Below, piece by piece: positions 60,081-64,000 of a stretch of 64,000 bases of DNA. Under the pieces are notes generated by a model, which saw only the letters and a list, made by a program, of their open reading frames with translations, was not told the DNA's origin and made no database searches. The stretch's first letter is position 1, and the number at the start of each line of letters is the position of its first letter. Source of the stretch: Macrostomum lignano (Eukaryota); assembly GCA_002269645.1 (NCBI GenBank), contig NIVC01000866.1, forward strand, positions 76,441-140,440, in the 5' to 3' direction. The translations under genes were made by a program, and so were the position numbers.

Positions 60081-60774
60081 CAAGGACGACTTAAGTAGAA
60101 GGACGGGAAACCTCGTTTCTTAGAAAATTTTTTAAGGCAGGTTTTCCCGAAAAAAATACACTACGGAGATAGGAATTTTTCATTTTTTCAGCACAAAAAT
60201 TGCTATTGCTTTTGATAGGAGGCAGATCCAGTGTTCATTTTTTGATATATTGTGCCTTTCTTATTGCTCTATCGATATTCATAAGGCTTTTCGTTCAGAA
60301 AATTTGGATTCTATGTTAATTTTTTATTCTACGTATATTTTCACGCGTCTTGAGCCTGAAATACATTAAATGCCACGGCTCGGCTTTTTGGTTTTATGAG
60401 TCTATTTTATAATTCTTAGCTGACTGTGTAACAAATATTTGTAACAGATGATAAAATAGATTCATAAAACCAAATATTAAAGCTGTGTCATACATTTTTG
60501 TGATTTTTAGATACAGGAAATATACGTAGAATAAAAATTTAACATAGAAATCTAATTTTCTGAACGAAAAGCTTTATAAATATCAATAGAGCTATAAGAA
60601 AGGCACAGCATATCAAAAGATGAACACTGGATCTGCCTCCTATCAAAAGCAATAGCAACTTTTGTGCTGAAAAAATGAAAACTCCTATCTCCGTAGTGTA
60701 TTTTTCAGGAAGACCTGCCTTCTAAAATTTTCTAAGAAACAAGCTTTCCCGTCCTTCTACTTAAGTCGGCCTTG
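60081..60774. mobile_element. 694-bp foldback MITE with CAAGG termini (P-superfamily-like)
   Basis: Ends CAAGGACGACTTAAGTAGAAGGACGGGAAA / TTTCCCGTCCTTCTACTTAAGTCGGCCTTG. Inverted arms are clear for ~260 bp and weaker toward the centre. Perfect 8-bp TSD GATACAAG at 60073-60080 and 60775-60782. Confidence 0.92.
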
Positions 60775-61249
60775 GATACAAGATTCGTAAGTTTCTAATG
60801 CATTTTTACTCACATGCTGAGCAAATATGTGTAGGAAATAGATGGAAAGAAACAATTCGTAACCCGAAGAGTGAAGTCAATTGCTCTTTCACTGCTGCTT
60901 GGCCGCGGTTTTCAATATTGGAGTATACTGAAGCATCATGTTGGAGACGGTGATGCCTGCTTCAACTACATCTACGAGCGTAAGAGTGAATCTGCTTCAG
61001 CACCCACATCTGCGACGACTTAGCGCCAACTGAACACGACTGTTGTGGTTGGAGAAAGACGGGATCAAGTAGTTGATCGGCATGTTTGGTCTAGATTGTC
61101 GCTGGCAATGGTAACTTACAGCTATTTCTATTTGCTTACTTGTATATTATTTACTGGCTATTAAGTAATAACAATATTAATACGCTCGTAATTAATTTCA
61201 TCCGCCCCGATTTAGCCAGATGTAACAGGCTAAATCCGAGGAGGTTTCT

Positions 61250-61830
61250 GAGGAGCGAGTTGGCAGACACCCTCGCCAAAAGGGGCGGCTCTGGCTCTTC
61301 CTAGACCCTGAGCCTCTGGTCCCTATCCCTTCTACGGTCATCAATCGTCAGATCTATGACTGGGCTGATTCCCTTCACAGGGACCCAGAAATGCTGTCAA
61401 TCACGAACCAAAATCGGAAGGACATTCGAGTCTTTGTCATGATTTTTACGGGCCATGGCTAACTCGCCAGACACTGCTTCCTTCGAGGCGACCTCGTGAG
61501 TGAACTTTGCCGTTTTAGCGAGTGCGACAATGAAGATGCTCAGCACTTTGTCTGTCACTGCCCTTTCTTTACCAGAGACCGGCTACGCTACCTCTGGCCA
61601 AACCCGTCTATTGACGAGGTCTGCCAGCCCGACAGCATCCCACGGCTCATCCAGTTCCTCCGGGCGACGAGACGAGCCACTTTCTTCCCTACGGAAGATC
61701 AAAGCTGCAGGAAGGACCGGCGGACCACCCTGACCGGCCCCACGCCTCTGCCTGTCTGCGGGCCTTCGGGGGCTGGCGGAATGGGCGACCCTCGCCTCCC
61801 CGCTGTGTCTACGGACCACCATGCAGCTAA
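61250..61830 (+). mobile_element. 3' fragment of an RNase H-bearing non-LTR retrotransposon (I/Loa/R1-like)
   Basis: ELADTLAKRG (end of RNase H), then DPEPLVPIP..IYDW, then IFTGHG*LARH..LCRFSECDNEDAQHFVCHCP (C-terminal zinc knuckle). Contains a frameshift and an in-frame stop. Confidence 0.8.
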
Positions 61831-62129
61831 GTAAAGTAAGTCAAAGGGCCAGATGTACAAACGACAGCTCAGCCGCAGCTATTGCGCGGCGCATCTGAAG
61901 GCTGCGTACGGCTGTTCAGTCCAAGGACTGGGATTAATTACTAATACTGGCACCCATTTTACAGCTGGGTGAACTGAAGCAATGGAGAGTTAAGTGTCTT
62001 GCTCAAGGACACTAACAAGGAAGTTTTCCTAGTGGTTTTTGGACACTAATTGTTCCAGCTAGATCAGGAATCGAACCCCTGACCTTCAAGTCGTGATTCC
62101 GACGCTCTAAGTACTAGGTTACAACTCCC
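61828..62129 (-). mobile_element. tRNA-derived SINE with a Nin/Deu-like central domain
   Basis: Minus strand: GGGAGTTGTAACCTAGTACTTAGAGCG (A-box-like), GGTTCGATTCC (B box), then GTGTCCTTGAGCAAGACACTTAAC..CACCCAGCTGTAAATGGGTGCC (conserved-domain-like), ending in a CTTACTTTACTTA tail. Confidence 0.75.
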
Positions 62130-63851
62130 TTGCTATTGAGATACACGTCAAAAGATTCATACTCAACCCAACAGATGACATTTTAGCATTGTTATGCATA
62201 TAGTTACGTCTGTACTGGTAATATACGTTGTTTTTTATTTCAAAAAGCATTGTTAGTCGTTTCAGTCGGTCCTAAAGTAGTTGATTTATAATACAACTTG
62301 TATTCGTCTTATAATCTCCTGAGTTATTATAGGGATACCCCTGCGTTAAATTAAGTGGGTTGGTTATGCACGAACACGAAACTTTACTTGGCTGTAGTTT
62401 TGTTGAATTTATTTTAGTTGGTATGAGGAGGTGGTTTCTATTATCAGTTAATGAATTCAAACAATGCATAAACACTCTTTTATAGATCTGATCAATATTC
62501 ACCAGCCATCTGAGAGTCTGCATGGACGACGCAAATAATTAAACATGGCCGAAAAAGGAAGACCTTGAGAGATGCTGAGCACTGGGGGTCTTTCTCGAAA
62601 GCAACTTACGATCGACCATAGACGTAAGTTGGGTAAGCTACACTTACGGGTTGCTCGAAGGGCTCGCAAGTTAGCTATGCGTAAGATTGATCGCAACTTT
62701 ACGAGTTCGTAACTTTGTGCAAAAGACTCATGGATGAATGAATAGAATGGATTGCTATTCTGGCTCTGGCTATTTTCGTTTTTGACTCTTTTGCATCCGG
62801 TTCCCCCCCGTGCCTTTTCATTGGTTGATGATTGCCATAGACAATTTTCGGCCTTCGCCCCTTTCTTTCCTTTTTATTGTAGACGAATCGACTCTCGAAT
62901 CGTGCTTGTAGGTCTTCCCCCTTTATTTCAAAACACGAGCGAAAGAGTAGATATGTATAAGATATTCTATCGGTTTGAGGTCGGTATGAGATTAAATCCC
63001 GAGAGTTGCAACTGGCATATATTTTCTCCAAAACTGGATGAAAATGTCATTCTGCACCATTTTCCAAAGTTTGATACCGCCTCTCAGTTTTGGATCGACG
63101 CATTGAGATCAGAGGCTATAACCTCGGACGTCGTCAGGCAACACAAACTGAAGCTATGAAGCCTACAATTTGAAAGACGCCTACCCCCAATTTTGACGTC
63201 AATTTGCGGTTGCGTTGACGTAGCAAAAATTACCTAACTGACTAACGATTTCGTTGGTAAATTTGTTTTTGCCACAGAAGCGTGCGGCACCGTTTTGCTT
63301 GCGGCAACGCCCCATTTCGTTGCTGCACGCTTTTTTTGTAAAAAAAACAACGAAATCGTTTGGCAATGCAACTCAAGCCTCACTGCAGAATTTTAGTGAT
63401 GAAGCGTTTCTATTCACTGTTTCAATGTGGCTCAGAGCGGTTCGTGGAAAAACACTGGTTTTTTCCTTTCCTGCCATGCAGGTTATAGAGCGGAGAGGGG
63501 TTGGGTGACTGGCTTGTTATATTGTTTGATATGAATATTTCGTGGCATTGGACTGATGGTCCGAACTTGAGATATGTAGACGAACTTGCTTTCAAGTTAT
63601 TAAATTTTACAGTTTTTTAACTTACTACGATCTTGTGTTTTACCCACTTTATAAGTCATAGTCATAATCAATCAAAGCGACCGATAAATATCCGGTATGT
63701 TTTATGAGCTACCAAAGTATGCTCGCATGCTAGAACTATGATTCTTACAATCTAAAAATCACTATATACTAAATCTCTATACCAAAAATTTGATGTTTAT
63801 GTATATATATTTACTAAAGTCTTAATGTTTTTAATGCAAAATAGGCATGTA

Positions 63852-64000
63852 AATCAATCTATGGAACAATCATGGAATCTATCGAATCAATCTATGGAAC
63901 AATCATGGAATCTATCGAATCAATCTATGGAACAATCATGGAATCTATTGAATCAATCTATAGAACAATCATGGAATCTATTGAATCAATCTATAGAACA
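63852..64000. repeat. 33-bp minisatellite (AATCAATCTATGGAACAATCATGGAATCTATCG)n running off the window end
   Basis: Unit starts at 63852 and 63885. Confidence 0.92.

Noticed and set aside
62060-62129. Functional tRNA gene
   Set aside because: Degenerate A box, and it continues directly into a SINE body and tail, so it is a SINE head rather than a tRNA gene.
62980-63160. THAP-like fragment LHHFPKFDTASQFWIDALR
   Set aside because: Lacks the flanking C2CH residues and the AVP motif; too short to support a call.

Overview
This is repeat-rich invertebrate animal genomic DNA. It has spliceosomal GT-AG introns, GC-rich exons, and roughly 40% of its length in micro- and minisatellites. The style resembles free-living flatworm (Macrostomum-like) assemblies, but that is inference only. 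Most long ORFs in the supplied track are artefacts of tandem repeats. By joining exons by hand with matched splice phases I recovered six protein-coding genes. (1) The 3' part of a WD40-repeat gene (+, 1125-4654). (2) A 4-exon PDZ-DH-PH RhoGEF-like gene with a degenerate DH catalytic motif (-, 9929-23661). (3) An 8-exon, 993-aa Pro/Glu-rich orphan gene (+, 28072-33890). (4) An allatostatin-C/somatostatin-type neuropeptide precursor that is absent from the ORF track (-, 36523-43664; predicted peptide NDFRCVLHPISCY-amide). (5, 6) Two intronless, convergent paralogues, each encoding signal peptide + acidic propiece + highly cationic C-terminal peptide ending in Tyr-Gly-stop (+, 53473-53718; -, 57297-57596); these are a candidate undescribed antimicrobial/host-defence peptide family. 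Mobile DNA includes a P-element/THAP deletion derivative with TIRs and a 7-bp TSD, two copies of a CAAGG-ended foldback MITE, hAT-type MITEs, a Tc1-like remnant, an RNase H-bearing LINE fragment and a tRNA-derived SINE. No rRNA, intact tRNA or CRISPR array was seen. Satellite boundaries are approximate.
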